Shown here one piece after another: positions 51,154-64,000 of a DNA stretch of 64,000 nucleotides (its first letter is position 1; the number at the start of each line of letters is the position of its first letter). The DNA is from Bugula neritina (taxonomy: Eukaryota; Animalia; Bryozoa), in the NCBI GenBank assembly GCA_964035545.1, contig OZ037773.1:8461751-8525750 (forward strand), given 5' to 3'. The position numbers and the translations under genes are program-made. A model generated the notes under the pieces. The model was given only the letters and a program-made list of their open reading frames with translations. It had not been told where the DNA came from and did no database searches.

Positions 51154-54100
51154 TTACATAAGGCCATCCTGAATAGCCTGCTTTTCTAACTCAATCATCT
51201 TTCTTTCAGAGGCCTTCCGATACCTATCCAACTCATTATCTTTTTCTAATCGCAACTTGTCAATCACAGGCTCAGAAAACTGAAAGAAAGCAGATCATAC
51301 AATTATTGTATACATCAATAAGTTCCCAGGAATAGTTGATTAGTAATTTGACAGATTATATAAAACTTGCAACATTCTACATAATGTATAATACAATCTT
51401 GAAGTACATGTATTATATCATAGTGGTTGTCACATAGCAGGTGTCATGTAGTGAGTGTCACATAGCAAGTGTCATATAACAAATGCCCCATAGCAGGTTT
51501 CGTGTAGCAGGTGTCATGTAGCAGGTGTCACACAGCAGGTGTCATAAGCAAGTATCATATAGCAAGTGTCATGTAGTGAGTGTCACAAAGCAAGTGTCGT
51601 ATAGCAGGTGCCAGATAACAGGTGTCATAGATGTCACATAGCAAGTACCTGAACATCTTTGGATGGGTCGTCTGCATGTTTGTTTCGAATAGAATTTTGG
51701 GGAAAGTATTTAGTGAACGCCTGTTTCCACAACTCTACTGGACTGCGTGCCGATATGCTGCCAACATCACTGTCTGGCAGCGGTGGTGAGCCTAGATAAT
51801 AAGAGGAACGTGTAGAATGCCTGCCGTTATATGTATAGCAATGCGTAAACTACATGTTATATATTGACAATATTATTTAGACAAGTTTTATTATATTTAT
51901 ATCTGTTTTAAGGATGTATAGAAGGCAAGCTGTTATACCTTATAGCAGTACAAAACTATACATCATATATTCACTATACTTAGAGATGATGTCATATCTC
52001 ATAGCAATGCGCAAACTATATGTTATATATTTATTTAGACAAGTTTTATTACAAGGTGATGCTGGTAAAAAGAGTATAACTTTAGGTGCAATAAAATAAA
52101 TTGAGTCTTGCAACTGAGAGAGTAGGAATAGAAATAAGGTCACATGACCTTACCAATATTCTGAAAGGAGTCGGATCCAGCTGGTATTACAAGGGGTTTG
52201 CCATGATCCATTTGAATTGACTTGTTGGTCTGTGTACCAAACACCAGACTAGATATCAAACTCCTCACTTTATTCACTGACGACTCTATTTTAACACTCG
52301 TAAACTAAAGAATAGAAATTTAAATTGTTACTACCGAACTGTAACACTTTGGGACTCCAGCACTGGACTCTCTAGTATAGCCTAAGAACTTCACCTCTCA
52401 ATACAATCTATAGGTAAATTATAAAAGCCAAATAACTTCCATTAGCTTCCAGCCATAACTATGTGAATAATTTAACCTGATGGCTAGGCTTTCAGTCATT
52501 CATGGATGCTAGCTTCAATCCTACTGGTCACATGAGAAAAAGACTTCACACCCCCTCTCCCCTCCCCCCTGTTGCCAGTCTACACTTAGATAAAGCACAG
52601 ATAGAAGTTTGTATTGCAAATATCTGCCAAGACTATAAGAAAGTTGTGTATTTTAAACTCTAAAAAAATTCTGGGGCTTAATCGTTATTGCGTTGTTATT
52701 GTGGTTATAGGAGCAAATGTAGCATGATAAAATGATAAAAAAAGATAGCTTGTGAACTTACAATGAGAGATGCTCCGTAAGTATGAGCTAAGAATCTCAG
52801 GCTTTTCACAATCACCTTCTTTTTCTCAGGATCAAACTCTTGAAACAAGTCAAACTTTGTGCCGACTATGACTAAAGGCACTTTGCATGACTCCAGCATT
52901 TCTTGGTCCTACATAGGAAACGCAACTCCAAATATATTTATAGGTTAAAAAAACAGTGCATCAACATAGAGATGATAACTCCAAAGGTAGTATATTTGTT
53001 TTAAAAAAATAAAAATTCAAGCTTAGAATACAATAGGAAAGTATGAGTAAGAGTAAATACTTAAAAGATGGAGACAGGAAAAAACTTTTGAAAAAGCTAG
53101 AGAAAACTGTTTTTTTTTTCATTAAAAAAATAAAAAACTATTGTCTGGTGTGTTAAAGAAACTACCATTACATTACTGCAGCACTACACAACTTGCTTGC
53201 CTTTTGGTCAATAGAAAAGAGAAATTATTACCGACATTGAAAAATTGAAAAATAAAGCATTGACATATATAAAAGATAATGTGGCCCTTAAGTGAATATG
53301 TCATTTGTGTAGAGCAGCATTTACTCACCATGTGGTCACCACCAAGCCTCTCTTTGACACGAGCAGTCACTTTGTCCCACAAAGAGTTATCTTTCCTTGC
53401 AGCTTCAGTGAGACTTGTCTCTATTCTATTGGTTAGATACGAGTGAAGAGCTTCGAATGTCAACCACATGTCGTTGGGCGTCGACAGGTCAACAGTAAGC
53501 AGAATAGATATATCTCTGCAGCAGAAGAGAAACAATGGAGCCTATGTCAACTGAAAATACACCTCGCTACCAGAAGAGCTTAAAATAAAGAAAATGTAAG
53601 CAAGATATAATCAATCATTAACTTTCGGAGAAATGATTCATTTTGTATTGATCATTAGAAAGCATGCAATGTTTTGGCATACAAATGCAACTGTTGAGAA
53701 AACTTCTATAGTTGAAATCAGCAAACTATGATAACAAGTTTTTATGCATGAATATGGAGAAAACAGCGCTTCACTTCTCCAACATGACACAGTACCTCTA
53801 AACTTGCTATACAATAATAGCACATAGCGTATAAATACTGATAAACTACATACAGAACGTTCTTTGCACTGATAACTGTGTCTATCAGCTTGCACATATT
53901 AGCACCTCCACCCAGTTCCCAGATGTGTCCAACATCTTTAACCTGAGAAAAGCCAACACTTTATATCAGATAAGTTGCTTGAAAAATTATAAATTCTGCA
54001 TAGATAGTTATATATGATGGTGTGAGGATAAATTGTTTTATTGATACAGTCAAAAATATTACTGTTGGCTTCACAACAAACTTGAAAAATACAGGGCAGT

Positions 54101-54257
54101 AAGAAATACTGTTAATGCATTAAACTTAAACTAAAACTATGCTAAAATCATTCAACTTTCAACTCTCCTTATAGTAAAGAGGTTAAATTTTAAACTGCTA
54201 TTTATACAGTTTCTAATACAACTGGAAGTTACTGGCCTAACTATACTAGTTGAACTG

Positions 54258-54300
<43 letters not shown>

Positions 54301-54918
54301 ACACAACCACTACCATGCAAATACTTCACAGATACTACTTACAGAGTTGTGGCCTTTAGCTCTTCTACCAAATGTATACTCTAAAGCTGTGGTAGGTTTC
54401 GGTGTTTCATCTCTGTCCAGAAACCGCAACACTAAAGTTGTCTTTCCCTGAACCAATACAATAATCAAATAGCAGCAGAATACCTGGTTTTATGAAACAG
54501 ATATGATACTTTTAGAAGATTCCAGAACATTTGTGTCAAACATTCTACAACTCCTTTGACATACCGCATTCTTATTTCCAACAACCAAAAGATGCTTTTC
54601 TTCAGAACTATTATCTGAAGAAAGTTTAGCGTGCTGCTCAATTCCTAGATCCCAAAGACTGTCTCCTCTTCTGCAAAATTAAATTAAATTAAATTAAATT
54701 GTATAACAAACATATCAATATTCACAAATGAAAATAAAAAAGGCAACTTCAGTTCAAGACATTGATATATTGGTAGTTTTAGTTGCAGAAATACTGTAAT
54801 GTTTTATAATACAGTAGCTCTCAAGCAATAAATATGTCCAGCTGTTTTTGTTAAAGCACCTAACTTGCGCATATTAATATGAACACTTGATATAAATGTA
54901 AACATACCCTTTCACCAT
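51154..54918 (-). CDS. DYNC2LI1: Cytoplasmic dynein 2 light intermediate chain 1, about 354 aa; exons 54918-54908, 54670-54565, 54447-54343, 53942-53854, 53515-53329, 52908-52762, 52304-52154, 51791-51649, 51279-51154
   Basis: [95 protein letters not shown]; all exons in phase. Confidence 0.96.
51428..51646 (+). repeat. 14-bp minisatellite (gtgtcatatagcag-like)
   Basis: About 15 degenerate copies abutting a DYNC2LI1 donor. Confidence 0.85.
54258..54300 (+). repeat. (CTG)n trinucleotide repeat, about 14 units, intronic
   Basis: Directly visible. Confidence 0.95.
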
Positions 54919-55559
54919 TGCTCAGCTATAAATTGTTCAGTCACCATAGGTCAAGATTGTCTATTAAATAACGAATATATTGCTTTTCAACTGTATCTTC
55001 TTGTCATTATCTAAAAATTGCAGCTTTACAGTGTAAATGAAAATTATAATTTAGAGAGGCTTCATCATCATTTTTATTCTGGTAGATTAGATTTCATTTT
55101 CAAGTAACAAATTGAACCACTTAAATCTAAAGTAAAAACCAAGGACATTTATTTTTAAATCATTGTTTATTAAAAGTTGCCCTAAGGTTTTACTTTCTTT
55201 AAAATAATGAACTGGTCATACAATTACAATAAGGGCATTAGTGCATACAAAAATTCAAACTAAAAATTAAATTAACGTTTAAAACAATTAAATCATAATC
55301 ATAATGATAATCAACTTTTCCGCACGTGATACTCATAAAAATACTAATAGTAATAATAATAGTCATACTCACACTCATAGTCATAGTGAGTTAACTATAA
55401 CTATAAGTATAAGTTAAACTTAATCTATGAGTATAGTGTTAAACTTAATGAACTGCACAACTTTTTCAATAATAAATTTATAGTTGGCATAATTACTTTA
55501 TCGTGTCTAAAAATTGCCCAACAACTGCATGTGTTCATATATGTAAAAGAAAACTATGC

Positions 55560-55745
55560 GTTAGATAATCATAATACCTCTTACTAGTAATAGAATGTCA
55601 ATAATGGCCTTCGGTTAGCGTCGTGTTGCCGTGATATGATATTCTGCGGCAAATGGAATGTTTTATATTATTGGATAAATAGAAGGCGTGAGTACACGTG
55701 ACACATGTTTAGTTTCCGCTTTTGATCAATAATAAATGGTCCAAC
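55560..55745. promoter_or_regulatory. Putative bidirectional promoter core between DYNC2LI1 (-) and alpha-SNAP (+)
   Basis: Head-to-head genes; CpG-richer patch with CACGTG (about 55695) and a partial X-box GTTGCCGTGATA (about 55625). Confidence 0.5.
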
Positions 55746-56828
55746 ACAATAATTATAATCACAATCACAATCACAATGAGTGAATGATGAAGCGGGCATT
55801 AAAACGTGTTTGGCATTTCAAATCATGATTCATGATTCATTCGTATAGACTTGAAGCATGATTTTTCGTAATCATTTAATTTTTATTTTATTAGTACTAG
55901 TTGATTAGACGTAGTTTGAGTTATACTTATAGTTATAGTACTAGTAGGGTTGTACAGGTACTCCGTACCACTACTAGTAGTAGTACTACTACTAGTAAAC
56001 TAAAACTGTAAGTGTAGACGTAGCGGTAGTAGTAGTACAAGTACTACTTCTAGTTCCACTTCTAGTTCTATTTAATTTTATACTTATAATTTTACTTCTA
56101 GATTTAACTATCTTTTAGCCATTACTCATTAGTCAATTATGATTATCATTATGTTGCGGATTTTGAAGTTGAAATGAATAGTCAATAAGCAGAACTGATG
56201 GCCTGTGTTTTTGACTTATCATTATAGTTATAGTTACGAGTTATTTACAGTTCCTACAATTACTGTTACTGGTGGTGTTAGACTTGCAAAATTTAAAGTT
56301 AATACCCATGCTCATAGTCATAGACTTAAAGCGATAGCCGGATAGGCAACATGACAATTGACATAGTGATAGTCATAGTCATATTGGTACTGGTAGTCAA
56401 TAAGTATTACTGAATAATTCATAGTCATAATCATACGCCTATAGCTTTTAAGTATAGATTAATCAATAAATAGCCTTTATAACTGTATCAGTGTGTGCTA
56501 TCAGTATCACTATGCCTGACAATATTAAAACTATTAGTATTAAATTATAATGATTACTTTTACATTTTTATTTTTAGCTATGTGTTTTTCTAGTAAAACT
56601 ATTGTTAGGTTAAAACTGAGATGCTTATACTACTTCTAAAATTTATATCAATATCAAAAAGATGCAATCATTTCATTTCAATTTAAAACTGGTGGAGCCT
56701 GAGGTTAAATCAACGTTGCTATTACATAATAAAAAGTGGTTATAGTCATTCACAAATCGTGTTGGTCTTCATGATTGCTTAGTGCACTTAAATGAGTAAT
56801 TTTTTATATCAACAGGGAATAAGAAAAA

Positions 56829-59800
56829 ATGGCTGGGGACCCTTCCGAGCAGAGAGCCTTGCAACTAATTGCGGAAGCAGAAAAGAAAATCAAGTCTAGT
56901 ACAGGATTTTTGAACACACTTCTTGGAAGGTTAGTGTCTGAGTGTTTATCGTGTGGCCTTTTTTGACAAATGGTTTGTCTTTAGTCTCTACAGACAATTA
57001 ATTTGAAGTATTTGCTTAAAATATTGATATTTTCTCTAGTGTAGTAACTAGCAGCTGTAGGTGCAGCTTTAGACATTAGCAAATATTTAGATCAAGGTGC
57101 TCGTAGCATGGCTTAGGCTTGATAATTTTTTATTTTCAAGAAAAATATTGGTGTAATAAAACAACTTCTTGCTAGTACCCCTACTAGTAGTACAAATAGT
57201 AGTACTAGTACTCTTTGTACCATGAGTTCATACTGATACTGCTAGTACTACTGACAGTATTAATGTGTCCTAATGGTACAAACAGTACTAGCAATCGTGT
57301 GTACTACATGTGTTGTATATTTCTACTAGTGGTACTTCTAAACTAGAGGATGCCTCTGATTTGTACAGTAAAGCTGCCAATAATTTCAAGATGGCAAAGA
57401 ACTGGTCAGGTGAGATTCTTGACTCAACTCTTTGATATTTAATGTATTGTGACCTTATAATATTGTGACATACACCATATAATATTGTGACATACACCAT
57501 ATAATACTGTGACATACACCATATAATACTGTGACATACACCATATAATAATGTGACATACACCATATAATACTGTGACATACACCATATAATACTGTGA
57601 CGTACACCATATAATACTGTGACGTACACCATATAATACTGTGATGTATACACTATAATACTGTGAAATATACACTATATATTTCCTTAGGTGCCGGAAG
57701 TGCATTCTGTGAGAGTGCCAAACTTCAACTGAAGCTGGGTAGTAGACACGATGCTGCAAGTGCTTTTGTTGACGCTGGCAACTGTTACAGGTACTTGTGA
57801 TGTTGACTCACAGTTTTTTCTTGCACCAAGTTGCTTTTAAATTCTCTTTAAAATCACAACTATTCAAAATCTGGAGGATACTTATAGTCCGAGGTTCTTC
57901 TAGAACCACAGTTGGTGCCAAGTATGCGCCTCTTACTCTGTCAAATCATTTCTATGATCTCTAAGGCTAAATCACTCTTTAAGTTGTCATCATAATTGGA
58001 GTTATCTCTCATTTGCTTATCCAGGAAATCCGACCCACAGGAAGCACTGACTTGTCTCAACAATGCCATTGAGATCTACACGGACATGGGCAGATTCACA
58101 ATTGCCGCCAAACACCACATCACTATTGCCGAGATATGCGAGCAGGAAACTGCTGATCTCGAGCTTGTAAGCTGCATCTATTATCACGATAATATAATAT
58201 AATAGTATGTCTGTATAGTGTGCACTGCTCTAAGTGTTGTTTACTGTAGATACTGGCTATACTTTCAGTTTTCTTGTGGTACATTGTATTCATGTCAATT
58301 TGCTTTACTGTTATTTGACATAAGTTTCGAGAATGCTGGCTTTACCTTTACCTGTAGTACATGAATTAAACATTAGTGGGTCGTTCTCTGCATTTCTAGT
58401 CATTTGTATGTCTAGTTTGGGTTGTCTTCTCTCCATTCATTGGGGTTGTGCATGTCCCTGACTGCTTATAGTCATTCTTTTACTAGTTACATGATGCTGC
58501 AGTCACATGACACTCGCAGTCACATGATGCTGCAGTCACATGATGCTGCAATCACATGATGCTGCAGTCACATGATGCTGCAGTCACATGATGCTGCAGT
58601 CACATGACATGTAGTAGTATATATATTGAGGCCCTGTGCTGCTACTCTGCTATGCATAGCTCATGTAGAATTAGTACATCATACTGAAGTAACTTGTCTA
58701 TAAGTAGTAATCAATATGAGATGCTCACAGTGCTTCTACTAAGGCATGATATCTATTGATTGCATCTTGTCATCAAGTAGTTATAGAATACATTACATGA
58801 CACACACACACTATAATATAAGTATGTCAGTTAAACTTTCTGAGGAAGAATGTTGGGATTTATCTCCTCTCTGGAGTTAGTTATAATCAGACTGTATTGT
58901 GCTAGCACTTCTCTTAGTGAGGAAATGGTGTCAAGTTTTCCTATACATTCCTCTGTCAGTGTATTGGTATTAATTTAGTTGCCATTAAATCATGAAGTTA
59001 GTTCTTCCTCGTTCCTGCTACTCACTCTATTTACTTGCTAGAGATTGCTTCAGCTGATCGGCGTTATCCTATCCTGCAGATTGCTTCAGCTGATGGGAGT
59101 TATCATATCCTGCTACTTTGTAGGCCATTAAGAACTACGACAGAGCCTCGGACTACTACAGGGGGGAGGAGTCAACCAGCTCGGCCAACAAATGCAGCCT
59201 TAAAGTGGCCACACTCTGCGTCCAACTCAATCCTCCTGACTTTGACAAAGCCACAAAGATATTTGAGATGGTGTGTATTGTATCAGCCACTTATAGTTAC
59301 ATTTGAGATGGTGTGTATTGTATGAGTTACTTAGAGTTACATTGATTTTACCCGAGCAGCTCTTCCAACTTTTTGGCTAGTCTGAATAAAATTCACTTCC
59401 TGTACCAGTACTTATGGCACATTCTCAGACGCATGCAGCTAAGAAGAAAGTTATACTTATAGTTATAGTTGGATTCTAATTGTAATTAGATATGTAATGT
59501 ATATATCTATACAATGAGTTAATTTATGTGGGTAATTACACGGCATAGAAGTTGTCTGTCTTGCCGTTGAACAATTAATAATGTTAGTCCTAGAACATGT
59601 AACTTCTACTTCTCTCTATTTATACCTGCTGTGTGTCTGTAGCTGGGCAAGACGGCAATGGACAACACTCTCCTCAAGTACAGCGCTAAGGACCATTTCT
59701 TCAAGGCCGTGCTCTGTCAACTCTGCGTAGACCGACTGAATGGCGAGCAAGCACTCAACAGGTTCAAGGACATTCATCCAGCATTCGCCGACTCCAGAGA

Positions 59801-60388
59801 ATGCAAGTTTCTCGAAGTAAGTTGTGGGCAGATTATTCCTAGACTGTTCTAACCAAATACTACTCTATTTTCAGTCTATTTCAAGTATATTTCCAGTCTA
59901 TATCTAGTATATTTCCAGTCTATATCTAGTATATTTCCAGTCTATATCTAGTATATTTTCAGTCTATTTCAAGGCTATTTCCAGTCTATTTCTAGTATAT
60001 TTCCAGTCTATTTCTAGTATATTTCCAGTCTGTTTCAAGGCTCTTTCTAGACAATTTAGGCTTGTGGCTTCATACTCTGTCAGAAAGCCTAATCACTCTT
60101 CATATTCTAATTATTGTGAAATTCCCCAAAACGTTGAGAATTAAGTCATTCCAGTTTTATTATGCAGAGTTGTCTACCCACTGGGATATATTGTCCCAAT
60201 GACAACTCCATACTGAGATCTTAGTGTGTTTGTTGCAGAAGATCATCCCAGCTATAGAGAACGAGAATGTGGATGATTTCACGGAGGCAGTCACCGAATA
60301 CGACAAAATCAGCAGGTTTGACCAGTGGATGACCTCCATACTGCTTCGACTCAAGAAGCAGATAAATGAAGAGGAAGATTTGAGATAA
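56829..60388 (+). CDS. NAPA: Alpha-soluble NSF attachment protein, about 297 aa; exons 56829-56929, 57330-57409, 57691-57790, 58025-58166, 59124-59270, 59643-59816, 60239-60388
   Basis: [84 protein letters not shown]-terminal EEDLR; all exons in phase. Confidence 0.97.
57445..57680 (+). repeat. 22-bp minisatellite (tgtgacatacaccatataatac)
   Basis: About 10 copies filling intron 2 of alpha-SNAP. Confidence 0.93.
58487..58607 (+). repeat. 16-bp minisatellite (cacatgatgctgcagt)
   Basis: About 7.5 copies. Confidence 0.92.
59865..60050 (+). repeat. ~22-bp minisatellite (tttccagtctatatctagtata)
   Basis: About 8 degenerate copies. Confidence 0.85.
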
Positions 60389-62707
60389 TCCCAAAGATTA
60401 GGGAGTTATTTAAGTCTAAGCTAAGTCACTCTTATAGACTATAGACTGACTCATATTTAATAGATATTTTATGGAATGCCATCATGTTGTTAGCAAGACG
60501 GTTCAAATGGTCTACTGGCTATGACTCATAAGTACTTCGAGAGTCGCCCTCCCTTTGCAGAATGTTTAGTATAAATAAATTGGAAAGGGGAAAAACTCGG
60601 TGCTAGAACTGTGTGTACATAATGTCAGGGCGGGCTGGTGTGGACTCTCTAACTGTCTCTCTACCTTAGTTCTCAGTCTACTAGCAGACTATGGCCAATA
60701 AATGCATTTGTTAATGCCAACTCATTTAGTTGTCTAGTAAGTGTTTTGCTATGTAAGCTCAGGATTGAGTTTTATTTTGCTATGCTAGTGGGCTATATAT
60801 TATATTGTTTTGTTACTTTATTTACCATGCTGGGCTACATGTCAATAGTTGTTTATTTCTACAAGTTCATTAAAAGTTGTTTATGTGTTGTTAATATTGT
60901 CGCTCATTTTTGGTGAGTGTTCATCGTACGAAAAAACTTGTGTCGATAACGATAACTTGTCTTGATGACAATAATAAATATGGCTGTAGTAATGAAATAT
61001 CTCTGTTTTAATATTCTCTTTTGAAAAACACAAATATTGAAGCTGATGGTTTCAACAATGAGAACCACGTTAAAGGATCATGCTTTTCAACAAAGACATT
61101 CTTACTGCAGAGCATAATTTGCATTCAATAGAAGTTGAAGAACATGTTTTACAGCACTTATTAGATATTGGTTGCAGCAAAACAAGAAAAAAGCAATTGA
61201 ATATCTGTTTAGCCAGTTATAGGTACTGTGCTTTTGCAAATACATGTGTATTTTTCATGAAAGCATTCTATTGTAGACGGAGTTGTCTTGCTTCTACTGT
61301 GACGTGATCAACGCTGTGTTTTGTTGGTAAACACGTGCAGGTAAAAATATACTTGCTACGGTGATTTGTTGAAAGCAACGTTTTGTATGACCTTTAACCC
61401 TTTGGCTCAACGGGATATAAACCAAGGTGAAACTTCACGTTGCTAGTTTCCGATAAAACAATAAGGCATTCTCCCAGGACCAGCGCTGGACTAATTTGCA
61501 TTGCATTCACGTTTTTAGGCATCACTCACAATAACATCAACGTACGTTGCTATATTCGAACTACAAAAGCTTTTTGGCTTGAATTTAAGTCTTTAGCATC
61601 TGTAAATCTACCAATTCATCCGAATATGAGTATCTTATGTATTTGACTTTGTAATTGAAGCACTGAAAGTGAAAGTTGAGTAGAACTACTACTAGAAGTA
61701 GACGTTGGCAGTTAGTTATCATTATGATTATGATTATCAGTTGAAGTTAATGATTTTGATATTCATATTAATATTAACATTTAGATCATTATAATTCATA
61801 AATATCATAAATACTGTTATATTTTAATTACTATCTTTATTTATATCATCATTATTTTAACTTATATAGTAATATACGTATATAATAATATTCATATTGA
61901 TTTGATCATTTAATGATTTATGATTATAAAATCAAAATGTATGTTATTTTATTTTCTCTATTTCTGATAATAATAATGGTATTATTAATATTATGATTAT
62001 CATAGCTAGATGTTATTATCATATCAAAATGTACTATTCATTTTGATATTCATATTGATCATATATTCATTTGGTTAGATCCAATTACAATATCATTCAA
62101 TATGATATAATAATAATTATGGTTATCATTTAGTAACTCATATAGTTATACATATTATGATTAATTTCAGTTTATACAAGCAGCTTTAACTTTAAATTGA
62201 TATTTTGCATGTCTAAGTTCTAATAGTTATAGCTATGCTAGTAGCTATAAGTAAATATTGATTCAGATAGAAATATAATTGATATCAAACAAGCATAATA
62301 ATGGTGTTGGTTTTTGAATTTTAGTTGAAAAATGAAACTAGAAAATTTAATTAATTCGCTTAATTTTTTGCAACATTCTGTCTTGCTTGTTAAGTCTTGT
62401 TTTGTTTTAGTATGAGTTTTATTTGCTGATAACATCAGTCTCATTATATCATAATGATATGTGTTTATAATCACCATAACTATGCTCACACTCATAATTA
62501 TATATAATTTTTGTTAAACTTTATAATTATTCTCATTCCTCACACCAGTGCTAAATTAACAGTTATTATTTTTGAATGTAGTTAATCAAAAACTTATTTT
62601 TTAAGAAAATTAGTGAGCATTGTAGAATTTTAAGCATAATGATGATCTAGCATTGCTTTTAACTATTGTGATAGATTGTGCCTTGGTTTTGTTCTTTTGT
62701 TCAATAA

Positions 62708-62822
62708 TGTTAATTGGGGTCCGAAATTCGGAGTTCCGAATTTCGGCTTGACTGAAGATCGGTCCTCCCGATCTTCGGCCCTGCCGAATTTCGGAGCTAC
62801 CGAACTTCGGGCCACACATACA
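62708..62822. repeat. Fold-back array of six 11-bp palindromic CCGAANTTCGG-like units; probable MITE remnant
   Basis: Units at 62721, 62736, 62752, 62768, 62784 and 62800 with 4-5 nt spacers; imperfect inverted ends. Confidence 0.7.
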
Positions 62823-64000
62823 AAAGATTCTTTGTTCTATGTTCTTTTGTTCGCTGTATATAAAAGCAGGCGAGTTATGGTGTAAAGCCAGTCTACTACT
62901 GGAGCTCGCCTGGACAAGTTGATATTATTTTTCTACTATAATAAACATTTGGAACTCTACTACTTCAACCTATCTTGTTCTGCACTAAGTTACATTCAAC
63001 CCACAAGTTTATCACACTATTGTAGTAATAGTTTTGATTTTCATTTTTCTTCCAACATTTCCTTTGCTAAAACTACTGCCAGTGCCACTTTTACCATTTA
63101 TTCTTGTCCTGTGTTCACTTGAAAACAAAAACCAAGCTTGAAATAATATCCAACTTAATCAATAGTTAGATGCTATGTCCTTACTGTGGACTACCATTAT
63201 ACCTATATCATCGCATACCATCTTTTATAAGGCCTATGCGCACAGCATTTTGTGCTGGTACTTGTTGTTGTAACTGCATTAAGTGTAATGATAGTAAATG
63301 ATAGACAGAGTCATAGTAAGTTATTGGATGATTTCGGTCATTTTGTTTCACACTACTATTGCGTTGGGTATAACTATGATTATAGTTCTCGTTGACAGAA
63401 AGACCTTCAACTGCACCAGTTTTGATACTCATATTCAAAGTGATATAGAATGTCTAGTTATGACCAAATGTATTTGTGTATATTTTTACACCCTATACTC
63501 AGTTAGCCAGGCATTTATGCTGTAAGTAAAGTCTAATAAACACTTGTTTAGGTTATTGGTAATTCTTACCACTAATATCTATTTGTGTGTGATAAAAGTG
63601 GTATATACAGCTGAGCTAATGATTTCAGTTTATGCCAGTAACATTCCTTTCAGTATATGTATACTGGAATATACATATCTTGAAAATTATTGACATGCTT
63701 TAAAAATGTATTTTTTAGCTAAAAGGTAACTGGTAAAGTTTTTGTATTTTTGAAAAAAGCTTTAGTAAAATTATCTAATAACTACTGAATTACACCTCAC
63801 CATGATTACTTTCAAGTTTTAATTTAACTTTTAGTAACTTTACAGCAGTTTAATTCTGGCGAAACACTGATTCAAATTTATTTGAATATATTAAACTGAT
63901 TGTTTCCCTACTTGTTGTTTGTAAAAGCTCAGTTTCAGAGATGTTCTGTAATCCCATTCATATCTACTGGTTGTGCTATTATACACACTTTTGGCACCTT

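Noticed and set aside
54258-54300. Polyglutamine-coding CAG tract in DYNC2LI1
   Set aside because: Lies in the intron between exons ending at 54343 and starting at 53942.
62721-62810. CRISPR-like repeat-spacer array
   Set aside because: Repeats of 11 bp and spacers of 4-5 bp are far too short; eukaryotic context and no cas genes.
62890-63440. Possible decayed LINE endonuclease or minus-strand exon
   Set aside because: Multiple stops and no convincing motif; cannot be supported without a search.

Overview
AT-rich, intron-dense eukaryotic (invertebrate metazoan-like) genomic DNA; no prokaryotic features. Seven spliced protein-coding genes were reconstructed by hand from GT-AG sites and reading phase: a 5'-partial tropomyosin-like coiled-coil gene (+), RRP8 (-), a Tectonic gene (+), a 27-kb, 17-exon PEAK1/Pragmin-like pseudokinase gene (+), a coiled-coil plus C-terminal death-domain gene (+), DYNC2LI1 (-) and alpha-SNAP (+). 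There are also three copies of a T-tailed tRNA-derived SINE with TSDs, a 333-bp element with two identical 105-bp TG..CA repeats that each carry a tRNA-like Pol III unit, and many intronic minisatellites. The most unusual signals are: (1) 'drifting hexamer' 6-bp-periodic zones next to the inferred promoters; (2) the tRNA-repeat element, which carries half of an antisense hammerhead motif; (3) a PEAK-like kinase fold split by an insert of about 420 aa; (4) an RFX X-box plus forkhead site marking a candidate intronic promoter. All homology calls are from recalled motifs, not database searches.
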